From IMG/VR virus record IMGVR_UViG_3300024999_000126, positions 1 through 56,190 of that record: a stretch of DNA of 56,190 bases. The stretch is one strand, 5' to 3'. The notes under the pieces are model-generated. The model was not told where the DNA came from. It was given only the letters and a program-made list of their open reading frames with translations, and did no database searches. The DNA comes from a virus (taxonomy: Duplodnaviria; Caudoviricetes). How positions within the stretch are numbered: position 1 is the stretch's first letter; every line of letters begins with the position of its first letter. The position numbers and the translations under genes were made by a program. Shown in pieces: positions 9,143-18,784 of the stretch.

Positions 9143-9308
9143 CGCCCGTTAGAGCTATGGCAACTATTCACTATTAAAACTTTCCAATGAGTTGCGCGTC
9201 TTGTTTTCCGTCTAAACTCAGTTTATGTTTCCTTGTCAAAGACCAATTTGATATTTCTATCTTTGCTTTACCCTTCCCCCGTCTAAAGAAGAAGGATACT
9301 GCCTAGAC

Positions 9309-9530
9309 TTACCTAACTTCTACAATAGAACCTTCTTTGACGCACATTTCGTAATCATCTATATACTCAATACAACTTTCAATTTGATAATCTTCTATTT
9401 GCCACCATTGACGATGAGTAGTTACTTCTGGTTTGAGATTGAGCTTACATGGGCTTTTCAATCCTAACCTACATTGCTTACAAAGTCTGTGTTCACCCGT
9501 AAACTTTAATTCTCCTGGATGCTTGCTCAT
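9309..9530 (-). CDS. Hypothetical Cys-rich early protein
   Basis: Class-I promoter at 9572-9604 and GGGGGAACC RBS upstream. Confidence 0.6.
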   Translation of the reverse strand: MSKHPGELKFTGEHRLCKQCRLGLKSPCKLNLKPEVTTHRQWWQIEDYQIESCIEYIDDYEMCVKEGSIVEVR

Positions 9531-9571
9531 CTTTGGTTCCCCCTCAAAATCGCGTTTTACCTTATGATACG

Positions 9572-9604
9572 ATAATAATGGGACTTACTTTGCTTGTACA
9601 TACT
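9572..9604 (-). promoter_or_regulatory. Class-I repeated promoter AGTATGTAC-N18-TATTAT
   Basis: Same motif and spacing as the other copies. Confidence 0.7.
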
Positions 9605-9655
9605 TTTTTTAAAAATTTTTTGGAAGCCCTCAGATGTCATTTAAGCATATTTGTT

Positions 9656-9937
9656 TTAATCAATGATGATATTATCCCCAAGTTCTTGTTCGTTCATCTC
9701 GGGTTCACTCATTGTTTCTGTAAGTGACCTCCTGGCCATAACCAAAGTATCGATGATATTGTCTAACCCTTTAGCATCAACTACAATAGCATTTTTGATA
9801 AAGAACTCTGTTTTAACGCCATCAATAGTAACTTCAGCTTTTTGAGCTATTGATACCATACCATTATATTTTTGACTAACGACAAGCTGCTTATCACCCG
9901 TTATTTTACATGCAGCTAAATGACTAAACTTGTTCAA
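9656..9937 (-). CDS. Hypothetical protein, possibly a PC4-like ssDNA-binding fold
   Basis: Beta-rich pattern LVVSQ..G.VSIAQ....FFIKNAI followed by a helix; weak resemblance only. Confidence 0.4.
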   Translation of the reverse strand: MNKFSHLAACKITGDKQLVVSQKYNGMVSIAQKAEVTIDGVKTEFFIKNAIVVDAKGLDNIIDTLVMARRSLTETMSEPEMNEQELGDNIIID

Positions 9938-10115
9938 TTTTTACTCCTTCTTTTTGTAGTATCTCAAATACCTTCTCATAGACCATTGCTTTATGAGTTT
10001 TAATCATATCAGCATTTACTATGCCTTTACCTTCTTCGAATTTTGCTATTTCACTTGATGCTTTACTAATTACAGCTATAACTTTTTTACATACACATTT
10101 ACTCATCAGTATCAT
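9924..10115 (-). CDS. Hypothetical protein
   Basis: Overlaps its neighbours in the operon. Confidence 0.5.
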   Translation of the reverse strand: MILMSKCVCKKVIAVISKASSEIAKFEEGKGIVNADMIKTHKAMVYEKVFEILQKEGVKIEQV

Positions 10116-10434
10116 CTACCTCTATCTTAAGAACGAATACCAAGTTTACCAATCCTTCAAGATTGCTTGTAAGGTCGTCAATAATCTCGTCTGATTCAAA
10201 TACTACTTTACACTCCCCATCTCTATCAAACCGAAGTCCATGGATTTTTGCACCATCCATTACTGAAATCTCTTCACCTGCAAAATCAATATCTACTATA
10301 CAATCAGACCCTATCATCATTCCTAGTCTAAGCGTTTTCTTAAGCTCAGTGTGAGACGCTTTAAATGTTATCTTCGAAAATCCTTTTCTATCAACGTTGT
10401 GACCCTCGAAACTTGCTTCAAATTTACTCTTCAT
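10099..10434 (-). CDS. Hypothetical protein
   Basis: Overlaps its neighbours in the operon. Confidence 0.6.
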   Translation of the reverse strand: MKSKFEASFEGHNVDRKGFSKITFKASHTELKKTLRLGMMIGSDCIVDIDFAGEEISVMDGAKIHGLRFDRDGECKVVFESDEIIDDLTSNLEGLVNLVFVLKIEVDDTDE

Positions 10435-11032
10435 TTGCGTACACCTCTTTCAATCCATTTATTAGTGTTTGCTTTGGATTAGCTCTAATCTCTGATTCCC
10501 AGAGAAATATTATTTTATAACCATGGCAATTTGCATAATTTTTGAGTAACTTATCTCGTTCAACGCTATCAGGAAGATTATGCCAATAATCTCCATTACA
10601 TTCGATAATAAGTTTTTTATGTGGAATATAAATATCTACAAACCAGAAACCTATTGGTTCTTGAGTTAAGTATTTAACACTATATTTATCAAGAACATCT
10701 CTTATCATAAACTCTATTGAAGAAATTGTAACCATCTTAGAAGCTTGCTGACCAGCTTTAATCCACTTATCTAAGTGTTTTAATTTATCTTCTTTAGACA
10801 TTTTAGAAAATCTTTCTTTAGTAATAACCCCTTGTTTCAAACATGCTTCTTTTGAGCGTTTTCTGCCCCTTAACTTCGTGCTAATTCTTTCCCTTAAGCA
10901 CTTATCTTCCATTGCAATTTTCATAGATTCACTTATTTTCTTTTTGTGTTCTTCACTCAACTTTCTTCCTCTGCGTCTTTGACCTATTTTAGTATTATGT
11001 TCTTCTGTTCTCTGATATACGCCAGATGTCAC
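10424..11032 (-). mobile_element. Free-standing homing endonuclease (NUMOD3 repeats plus Vsr/DUF559-like nuclease)
   Basis: LSEEHKKKISES NUMOD3 motif; VDIYIP..KLIIECNGDYWH...RD....GYK...LWE nuclease domain. Confidence 0.8.
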
Positions 11033-11359
11033 CTAAATATCACCACTTTCATATAAGCATTTTAGCCATTCATAGATTTCTTTATAATTTTCTGGACTAA
11101 ACGCTACTAACAAATAAGATGGCATTAAATCAATAACAAAAACTGGAATTTTATGACTAACAGCTGCATTGTAGAATAAACTCTTAACATCATCTCTTCG
11201 AACAGTTATTCCCTTCCCTTCTGTAGACTTTAATTGTGCGATTATTTCTTCTCCATGCCCGTCTTCTTTTTCAAGCCACCCAGCCCCAGATTGCTTAGTA
11301 GGCTTTAATCCCAATTCTATCATTACTTCATCTTCACGTTTAGACCACTTTTTTGGCAT
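11033..11359 (-). CDS. PD-(D/E)XK nuclease, Holliday-junction-resolvase-like
   Basis: SGAGW.EKED.....QLKST pattern and K.PVFVI. Confidence 0.6.
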   Translation of the reverse strand: MPKKWSKREDEVMIELGLKPTKQSGAGWLEKEDGHGEEIIAQLKSTEGKGITVRRDDVKSLFYNAAVSHKIPVFVIDLMPSYLLVAFSPENYKEIYEWLKCLYESGDI

Positions 11360-11367
11360 TTATAATC

Positions 11368-11586
11368 CTATCTAACTTCTATTACTGCAGTTTTTAATAC
11401 CGATTGAACTTTTACTCCCAATTTGTTATTTACGAGATGCCAATAATTATCAGATTCATACCATGTAGTTTTTGAAGTCTTAACAAACTGTTTTCTTGCA
11501 GTGATAACTTCATTTACTTCAGGTCTTTCTACTTTACTTGGTTCTTTTCTGTTAAGTCTATCAAGCTTCATTTCTCCCATATCCAC
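11368..11586 (-). CDS. Hypothetical protein
   Basis: Coding-strand ORF in the operon. Confidence 0.5.
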   Translation of the reverse strand: MDMGEMKLDRLNRKEPSKVERPEVNEVITARKQFVKTSKTTWYESDNYWHLVNNKLGVKVQSVLKTAVIEVR

Positions 11587-11699
11587 CTACCTAAAATAAA
11601 AATATGCCAAAAACACGCCTAAAATGATAATAAAGTAAGAAACTGCAATTATAAGACAACCATACTGTTTTCCTTGATTAAAACGATGCCCTGTTCTCA

Positions 11700-12170
11700 T
11701 TATTTCTCCTCTTTTAGCGATGCGCCAGTTTTAAACGGATACAAGCTCATACAAGCTGCATCTGCTGCGTCGTGGTCAACATCAAAACCTAGTTTTGAAA
11801 CAAATTTAACTGCATCTTCTTTATCAGACTTTGCCGAACCTAGCACTTTTGACTTCCAACTTCTTGTGTCTACCGAATAAACTAGCTTTGGATACGATGC
11901 ATCAACAATTGTAGAAACTAATCCTCCTAAGGCAATAACTGTCGCTTGAGATAAAAACTTTTGTGAAAACAATCTAGTTCGTTCAACGATTACAAAATCA
12001 ACTCGATACTTAACTATTGCCAAAGCCACTGACTTAGAGATATATTTTCTCTTAGTAGTCTTTTTTTTAAACTTTGATAAATTAACAGACCAGCATGTAA
12101 TTAACTGATTATCTTCAGAAATTCCAAAGCCAATATTTTGATAACTTTGGTCAATAGCTAAGTATCTCAT
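11700..12170 (-). CDS. RuvC-like Holliday junction resolvase
   Basis: LAIDQS..NIGFG, VIVE, WKS.V.G..K..K, D.ADA motifs. Confidence 0.8.
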   Translation of the reverse strand: MRYLAIDQSYQNIGFGISEDNQLITCWSVNLSKFKKKTTKRKYISKSVALAIVKYRVDFVIVERTRLFSQKFLSQATVIALGGLVSTIVDASYPKLVYSVDTRSWKSKVLGSAKSDKEDAVKFVSKLGFDVDHDAADAACMSLYPFKTGASLKEEK

Positions 12171-12335
12171 TTGCCTATTCTCTCTTTTTAATAACTACTA
12201 CTACTTCATCAAGACCTTTTGTTTTTATCTTAATTACCGTAGTAGGTCCCATTAGTGTAAGCTTTACAGGCCTAGAGTCTTCCTCAAATACTGCATGTAA
12301 TGCTGCAATAAATGCTCTAGCCTCTTCTTTCTTCA

Positions 12336-12542
12336 TTACAATCTTCCTTGCCTGTAATCAGCCAGCATTCTTGTCATTTCCATACTTGCCCTTCTAACTG
12401 CTGCAGTTTCCTTAGTGCAATATGTATGTTCTTCTTTTGCAGTATCACTATTTATTCTAGCAATTGCCCCTTCTACAGCTCTTAAAAGTATCTTGCATTC
12501 TTTTTTAAGCTTTTGATACTTAACTAACTCTACCTCATTCAT
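12336..12542 (-). CDS. Hypothetical protein
   Basis: Coupled to the upstream gene (ATGA overlap). Confidence 0.55.
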   Translation of the reverse strand: MNEVELVKYQKLKKECKILLRAVEGAIARINSDTAKEEHTYCTKETAAVRRASMEMTRMLADYRQGRL

Positions 12543-13264
12543 TGCTTTACCCCTTTCAATTTTTCTCGTTTAGTTCCAAAGCAAGCCTCTCGCATTGGAC
12601 ACGACTTAACTCTTCCCACTGCCTTACTCACGCATTTAGGATGCTTTCTAGGAATTTTTCTATCTTCTTCAAATAACTCTGCATACTTTTTAATTTTATG
12701 CAATCTATTTACAAACTCCCAAGCTACCCCTGCATCATACTCAACTACAAAAACTCTAAATTGCTGAGTATTTTTATCTTCAACTAAAATAATACCATTA
12801 GGGATGCCAGTTAAGTGCATATAAAACTGTACCTGTCTTACAGCATTTAGCGGTGGTGCTTTCCTTAACATTACGAACTGTTTAGTGCTCATAGACTTGA
12901 TTTCAACTACATATCTTTTGTTGAATAATCTCACTATTGCATCAGGGGTAAAAAATATTCTTAGTTGCTTAGAGCCTCTAGTTCTCTCAACATGCTCTGC
13001 AATTCCTCCTTGCTCAAAAAGACTTTGCCACTTTTCATGAACGCTCCACCCATTAAGAAATATTCTCTTTACAAATGGATTTATGTACTCTACAGACCTC
13101 TTATAGAATAGCGACAATACTTGCTCTCTATAACAAAACTCTTTATCTCCAACTATAAGAGCTGAAGCATGAAGACCTACTCTCTCATTACGATTTTCAG
13201 CTTCTATGTAGAATAAATCGTCAAACTTTTTAGTTATCATCTCGCTTAAAATTTCATTTGACAT
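12539..13264 (-). CDS. Cas4-like/PD-(D/E)XK exonuclease
   Basis: FC.R, G..VHE, D...VVEIKS, Q.Q.YM and C-terminal C..CP...C motifs. Confidence 0.82.
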   Translation of the reverse strand: MSNEILSEMITKKFDDLFYIEAENRNERVGLHASALIVGDKEFCYREQVLSLFYKRSVEYINPFVKRIFLNGWSVHEKWQSLFEQGGIAEHVERTRGSKQLRIFFTPDAIVRLFNKRYVVEIKSMSTKQFVMLRKAPPLNAVRQVQFYMHLTGIPNGIILVEDKNTQQFRVFVVEYDAGVAWEFVNRLHKIKKYAELFEEDRKIPRKHPKCVSKAVGRVKSCPMREACFGTKREKLKGVKQ

Positions 13265-13556
13265 CAGGTTTTTCTACCCCTCTAGCTTTCATTACTTCTT
13301 CTATCTCTTCCAAAACTTCAAATGGAAACTTTAAACCAATTGCATTACAAATATCACTTTTATCTAATGGGCATTCATAACTACTATTAGCACAACCTTT
13401 ATAGCCTATATTTTTAGTTGTTGTATAGCAACACGCACAATTTTTACTACCTCTATCAATTAGTTTCCCTTCTAAAATTCTTGACCATTTAATCCAAGTT
13501 ACTTGTAATTGGTCATATCCTTTTTCTAATAATTCAATCATTTCATTTCTGTCCAT
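13254..13556 (-). CDS. Hypothetical Cys-rich protein
   Basis: CACC, C...CPL...C motifs. Confidence 0.55.
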   Translation of the reverse strand: MDRNEMIELLEKGYDQLQVTWIKWSRILEGKLIDRGSKNCACCYTTTKNIGYKGCANSSYECPLDKSDICNAIGLKFPFEVLEEIEEVMKARGVEKPDVK

Positions 13557-13636
13557 TTTACCTCTTTGTGATTCTGATATTTTTTCTTAGTTTCTTCTGA
13601 ATGCTTTTTAATTCTAGCGTATACTCCCGTTGGCAC
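13557..13636 (-). pseudogene. Frameshifted remnant of a NUMOD3 homing-endonuclease N-terminus
   Basis: GTG-PTGVYARIKKHSEETKKK, then one base short of ISESQRGK; resembles the start of 10424-11032 (MTSGVYQR...KKKISES). Confidence 0.55.
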
Positions 13637-13637
13637 C

Positions 13638-14492
13638 TTATTCCTCCACTTTAAGCTGCTTGCGAATTTCTTTCAACTCTTCATGAGCAACAAACCCCCT
13701 GTCGAAAAGAAATGGAATTTCGCATTCCCCTTGAGGAGCAGAGACTTTTGATTTTATTATCTTAAGCTTTATTAACTGACCAATCTTCTTCCCTCTCTTT
13801 CCCTCTATCCAGCCGCGACGGCCGACTTTTATTCTAAGAGAACAGCAATGTTTAAATGCATGACCTCCGGGAGTATCTGTTTTATCTCCAAACATAATCA
13901 CAGACCCCATCTTGTCTCTTACTTGATTGATAAAAATAGCAGTAGTTCCCGACTTACTCATGTGATTTTGTAAAGTAAATACTTTTTGACTGAGATACCC
14001 TGAGATTCCCCCTACTCTACCTGATTTTTCCATATTGGTTTCCTCAAATTGAGACCTTTGAACTAAAGCAGGGATTGAATCGATAACTATCAGAGGTATT
14101 CCTGCATCAACCATGTTAAACATCATTTCAAAGTATTGTTCGGCCCAATCTAGTCTCGAAACTATAAGCCTACCTTTTTTATTTCCAAACAACTTAGCTC
14201 TATTTTTATCAAACGTATTTTCAGCATCGAAGAAATTTGACATTCTTACTTGTGCACACAAATGATAAGCTAATGTTGTTTTACCTGCAGATTCATTTCC
14301 CGATATTTCTATTATCCTCCCTTTCGGGATTCCTCCCCCTATTATTTCATCGAGCTCTGGTAATCCTGAAGACCACCTAGGAATTTCAACATCTTCAGAA
14401 CCAAGTGTGTATAATGCGTGCTTACCAAACTTTTTCTGTGCCTTTTTGATGATAATTGCTAACTGCTCTTTGTCAATATTGCTCATTACCAC
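13638..14492 (-). CDS. recA: RecA/UvsX-like recombinase
   Basis: GGGIPKGRIIEISGNESAGKTT, VIDSIPAL, FINQVRDK, TPGG.A.KH..SLR, KSKV. Confidence 0.93.
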   Translation of the reverse strand: MVMSNIDKEQLAIIIKKAQKKFGKHALYTLGSEDVEIPRWSSGLPELDEIIGGGIPKGRIIEISGNESAGKTTLAYHLCAQVRMSNFFDAENTFDKNRAKLFGNKKGRLIVSRLDWAEQYFEMMFNMVDAGIPLIVIDSIPALVQRSQFEETNMEKSGRVGGISGYLSQKVFTLQNHMSKSGTTAIFINQVRDKMGSVIMFGDKTDTPGGHAFKHCCSLRIKVGRRGWIEGKRGKKIGQLIKLKIIKSKVSAPQGECEIPFLFDRGFVAHEELKEIRKQLKVEE

Positions 14493-17099
14493 ACCTTCAT
14501 CTTTTCTGCTTTTGAATATAATGTACTGTTGTACCTTACCACTCTATCATAGTATCTTTCCATATTAAATTCTATTGCTCCTGATTCCTCCAAAGCTCTT
14601 ACTACTTTTGCATTAAGTTGTCTTTTGGGAACTCTATCTTGCAATAAATCTAACGAATTATAAGGTCTGCTTTCTTCAATCAATTCGGCCGTTTTCATGC
14701 CAATTCCTTTAATTGTAGAAATTCCCTCCTGGATAACTCTCTCTCCATCAAGCTCTTGCAAACTAAAATCAGCCGTTGCATTTACGTGAGGAAGCAATAC
14801 TACAATTCCTTGTTTGATAGCGTTTGCTTTGTATACTTCTCTTTTGTATTCATTTTCTTCATTAAGCATTAGAGCATACCAGAACTCTGTAGGGTAGTAC
14901 ATCTTAAGCCACATCATATAGAATGAGATTAAAGTGTACCCTACCCCATGACCCTTATTAAATAGATAGTTTGTCATTGAGTCATACAGCTCTTCAGCTT
15001 GTCGCTTAGGAAGATTAGAATACTTCTTTGAGCCTTCAACAAATTTTTTCTTCAACAAACTATCGTCTTTATCTCCCTTTCGCAACCTAAGATATTTCAT
15101 AATTTTATCAATATCAGGCCATTCCATGTGAGCCAACCCTCTACAAATTTTCATGACCTGCTCTTGATAAACGAGAACCCCATAAGTATCATCTGTGTAT
15201 TTAAACCAGGGAGTATTTTTATCTACTCTGCCCTCTTTACCATCCAAGAAAGCAGAATGGAGACCCAATGTGATGGGAGCTGGACGATTAAGGGCTGTAA
15301 CAGCGACAAGGTCTTGGAAATTATCCGGTTTGATAGCTGTGAGGAGCGAGATAGCTCCCGCTTTTTCAAATTGAAAGATGCCAACAGTATTACCCTTTGC
15401 AAACTCTCCATACACTCTTGAATCCTCAAGCATATCATATCTAAAATCAACATTTGTTAACTCCTCTACTTTTGATATTACAGATTGAGTAGAAAGACCT
15501 AAAGCATCTATCTTAAGAACACTTATCATTCCAAGACTTCTCAAATCATAAGAAGTTACTAGCTCACCCCTTACTCTTTGCAACGCTACCATGTCATCTA
15601 TTCTACCATCTGTTACGGCAATTCCTGCTGCATGACGACCAATAAATCTAACTTGGCCATACAACTTCATGAAATGTTTAATGATACCTTTGTACTTGTT
15701 ATTGAATATCCTCACATGTTCATTCTTAAGGACCCCAGATACATCGTGTGGGTCTTTAATCATAGCATTGAGTCTATCCTTAATAGCCTTTAAGTCGTCA
15801 TCCAGAACCTCCCACAGCTTACCAAGTTCATTCATAAGGTTATCTATTTTATAGTATCCAAAAGTGCATATTGGTGCCGAACGACCTTTATTTTTTTCAA
15901 GTATATATTGAAGGACTTCATCTCGTCTTCTAGCATCAAAATCAATATCGATATCTGGCATTGCATTCTTATCGGGCCTTAAAAATCTTTCGAAATGAGT
16001 TCCAAGGATTATCGGGTCTACTTCAGTTATCCCTAAAGCATAAGCTACTAAACTTCCACAAACCGAACCTCGTCCCGGTCCAACACCAATATCTTTAGAT
16101 TTAGCATAATTGATTAAGTCCCAAATTAACAAGAAATACTCTTCAAAAGATTTACCTTCAATTACTTTTAATTCGTGCTTCGCTTGCTTGACGTATTCTT
16201 CGCTAGTTTTGCCTTCTGCTTTCAACCCTTTGATTACTAACTTTCTTAACTTTTCTTTTGGAGCAATACCCCAATTATAATGTGGTACTACCTCTTTGAA
16301 TGTTAAATCGACGTCACATTTATCAGCAAAATAACAAGCATTTTCAACATACTCTCTCGGATTAACCCCATGAATATCTCTAAATTGCCTCGAAATATCT
16401 TTCGCTGAGGGCATGTACAAAGTTTTATATGCATCTCCTATAGTACTTTTTGCTAGTTTGTGCATTACCTGATACGTATCAAAATCTTCAGGTGAAGGAT
16501 AGTGAGAATCATGAGTAAGAACCGCTTTTATTCCAAGCTTTTTAGACATTTTCATATTAAATACATTTGAAGCTAATTGTGCAGGTAGTTCATTGGGCAT
16601 CATTTCTAAGAAAAAATCATCCTCGAAAATATTATAAAAAGCTCTAATAAACTTCTTAGCCAAGTTAGTTTTCTTAGCATAGACAAGCTGAGCGTTTAAT
16701 CCTATCATACAACCTGAACCACAGATTATCCCCTCATGACATTCTTTGAGCATATTAAACGTTACTATAGGAGTTCTATAAAAATTATTCGTACTTGCTT
16801 CTGTCATCAACCTCATTATGTTCGAGTATCCTGTTAAGTTTTTGGCAAGAAGCGTTAAATGAAACCGTGAGCTTTTCTTGTTAAACTTTGGTTGAAAATA
16901 AGCTTCGACTCCTAGTATCGGTTTAATGCCAACTTTGTTACATTCTTGATAATGTTCTACTAATCCACTAACATTGCCATGATTGGTTAAACTTAACGCT
17001 TCTTGACCAAGTTCTACTGCTCGTTCTGCAGACTGCCTTGCCGTTCCAAAACCGTCAAAAATGAGAAAACATATCATGACGATGCAAGTTGCACCACAT
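14486..17099 (-). CDS. dnaE: DNA polymerase III alpha subunit (PHP plus polymerase core); N-terminal 14 codons in a different frame
   Basis: KPILGVEAY, GPGRGS..GSLVAY.LGIT.VDP, FERFL, PDIDIDF, HAAG, GIFQ, YQEQVM, FNKGH. PHP start MWCNLHRHDMFS begins at 17099 and hits TGA at 17057-17055; the main ORF is 14486-17077. Confidence 0.93.
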
Positions 17100-17109
17100 T
17101 TCAGTCACC

Positions 17110-17799
17110 CTAAACCACCCCCTTTAGTCCATATATTAGAGCTCTTTTTGGATTTTCTCTAATACTAGACTCCCAAAGAAACACTGTTTTATATCCATTT
17201 TCTCTAGCATATCTTTTTAACCGTTTGTCTCTTTTCTTTCTTTCAGGAAGATTATGCCAATAATCTCCATTACACTCAATAATAAGTTTTTTATGTGGAA
17301 TATAAATATCTACAAACCAGAAGCCTATTAGTTCTTGAGTTACATATTTAATACCAACTTCATCCAAAATGTCTCGTATCATTAACTCAATTGACGATAC
17401 AGAATAACTATTTTTGCATGATGCAATCATTGCTGGCTTCATGTGACTTGCTCTTTCACTTTTTGTCATTTTAGCAAATCTTGCAGAATTTGCTTTACTT
17501 ATCTTTTTACCAAAACCATCTGGCTTTTTTACTCCCCTACTAGCCTCTATAGCTTTAAAAGTTATAGCTTTTCTCTTTTCTGCAGACAAACTCTTATAAT
17601 ATTTTTTTATCCCTTCTTTGTTTCTACTACTTAAAGGCTTCCCTTTTCTTGCCTCACTCATCTTTCTCTTTGATTCTTCTGAAAAAACACGACCCTTCAT
17701 TTTTTCAGATAAAATAATATACCAACATTCAGGACAACAATATTTCAATCCCTTTCTTTTAACTTTATTATTACAACTTTCTCTTTGACAAATTTCCAT
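17110..17799 (-). mobile_element. Free-standing homing endonuclease (zinc-binding N-terminus, NUMOD3, Vsr/DUF559-like nuclease)
   Basis: FSEESKRKMSEARKGK; C-terminal domain nearly identical to 10424-11032. Start chosen at MEICQ. Confidence 0.8.
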
Positions 17800-17809
17800 A
17801 TCAACCCAA

Positions 17810-18718
17810 TTAGACAAGATTATCACTCCAATGTTGAACATAAGGTCTAGCCCAAGCAGAGTTTCTAACATTAGCTACAAAATACTTAAGACCACTAGAG
17901 TGGTAATTATGCTCTTTCATTAACAAGCCACCAAATGGGTCAAACTTGGCAAGCATAGCATAGCTAAAATCACTATTGTCTACCATCTTTTGATAAAGAT
18001 TTGCCAATAAGAAAGCATCGTCTAGAGTATAGGATACTGAGAAATTAACAGGACGAATATCTTTAATCAACCTCAATGTTTCCCAATCTTTTTCATATAC
18101 ATGCATGCTAGTAGCAGTATGATAATATTTCCCTATATTGAGATTAAGCTCATTAGCGATTACTTCTTGAACAAAAGTGAAGATAAAAACATCATATAGC
18201 AATTTGCCAATAAAATCATTAGACCTCATATACACGTGACATTCTAGCTTTCCATTACGAACAAGAAGATTTATTGTGTTAATACATGGAAAGTTTTTTG
18301 TCTTAACAACACTATCTCTATTTGTTAAAATAGGAATAGACGCTTGTCTTGTCGTAACGTCTTGCCTTATTTTGTCAACAACATCATTGATAAAAGGGGT
18401 GACTCTTGCTCCATAAGCTCCATAAAGTGAAACTCCATCATCAGAAAAATATTGCCAATCTTCATTTAGCCACTTGTAATATTTAAGTTCTGAAGTAGGA
18501 GAAAACATTAAAACAGATTCACCAATTGCTTGAATTAAATCAAAGTTAATAACTGAAGGGAGAATTAACCTTGATTGAGGATTCCTAATGCAAAATGAAA
18601 AATTTGTAAGCTCTCTTACCCTTGTATCTTGAGAAGATACTATTGGAGCTTCTCTTAAAGCGTCTTTCCCTAGTAAAACTATTTCCGCTAAAGTGTTAGC
18701 TGTTATCGAATATGACAT
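17810..18718 (-). CDS. Thymidylate synthase (ThyA)-fold enzyme with an Asp specificity residue; dCMP hydroxymethylase-like
   Basis: YG.R, TRQA, catalytic FPC, MRSND, LLYDVF in place of GLPFN, YYH...SMHVYE. Confidence 0.8.
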   Translation of the reverse strand: MSYSITANTLAEIVLLGKDALREAPIVSSQDTRVRELTNFSFCIRNPQSRLILPSVINFDLIQAIGESVLMFSPTSELKYYKWLNEDWQYFSDDGVSLYGAYGARVTPFINDVVDKIRQDVTTRQASIPILTNRDSVVKTKNFPCINTINLLVRNGKLECHVYMRSNDFIGKLLYDVFIFTFVQEVIANELNLNIGKYYHTATSMHVYEKDWETLRLIKDIRPVNFSVSYTLDDAFLLANLYQKMVDNSDFSYAMLAKFDPFGGLLMKEHNYHSSGLKYFVANVRNSAWARPYVQHWSDNLV

Positions 18719-18751
18719 TATTTCATCCTTTTGTTGTTTTGTTATTTTATT

Positions 18752-18784
18752 AGTATATATTACAGTTATTTGAGATTATTCAAA
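18752..18784 (-). promoter_or_regulatory. Class-II repeated promoter-like motif TTTGAATAAT-N-ATATATACT
   Basis: Recurs at 23109-23141 and 24527-24556, each upstream of a replication or nucleotide gene. Confidence 0.6.

Noticed and set aside
12539-13264. CRISPR-Cas system suggested by the Cas4-like gene
   Set aside because: No repeat-spacer array or other cas genes; stand-alone Cas4-like exonucleases are common next to phage recA.
10424-17799. Group I introns or inteins hosting the endonucleases
   Set aside because: Both endonuclease ORFs lie between complete genes with almost no flanking non-coding sequence; TerL, RecA and DnaE show no intein-sized inserts.
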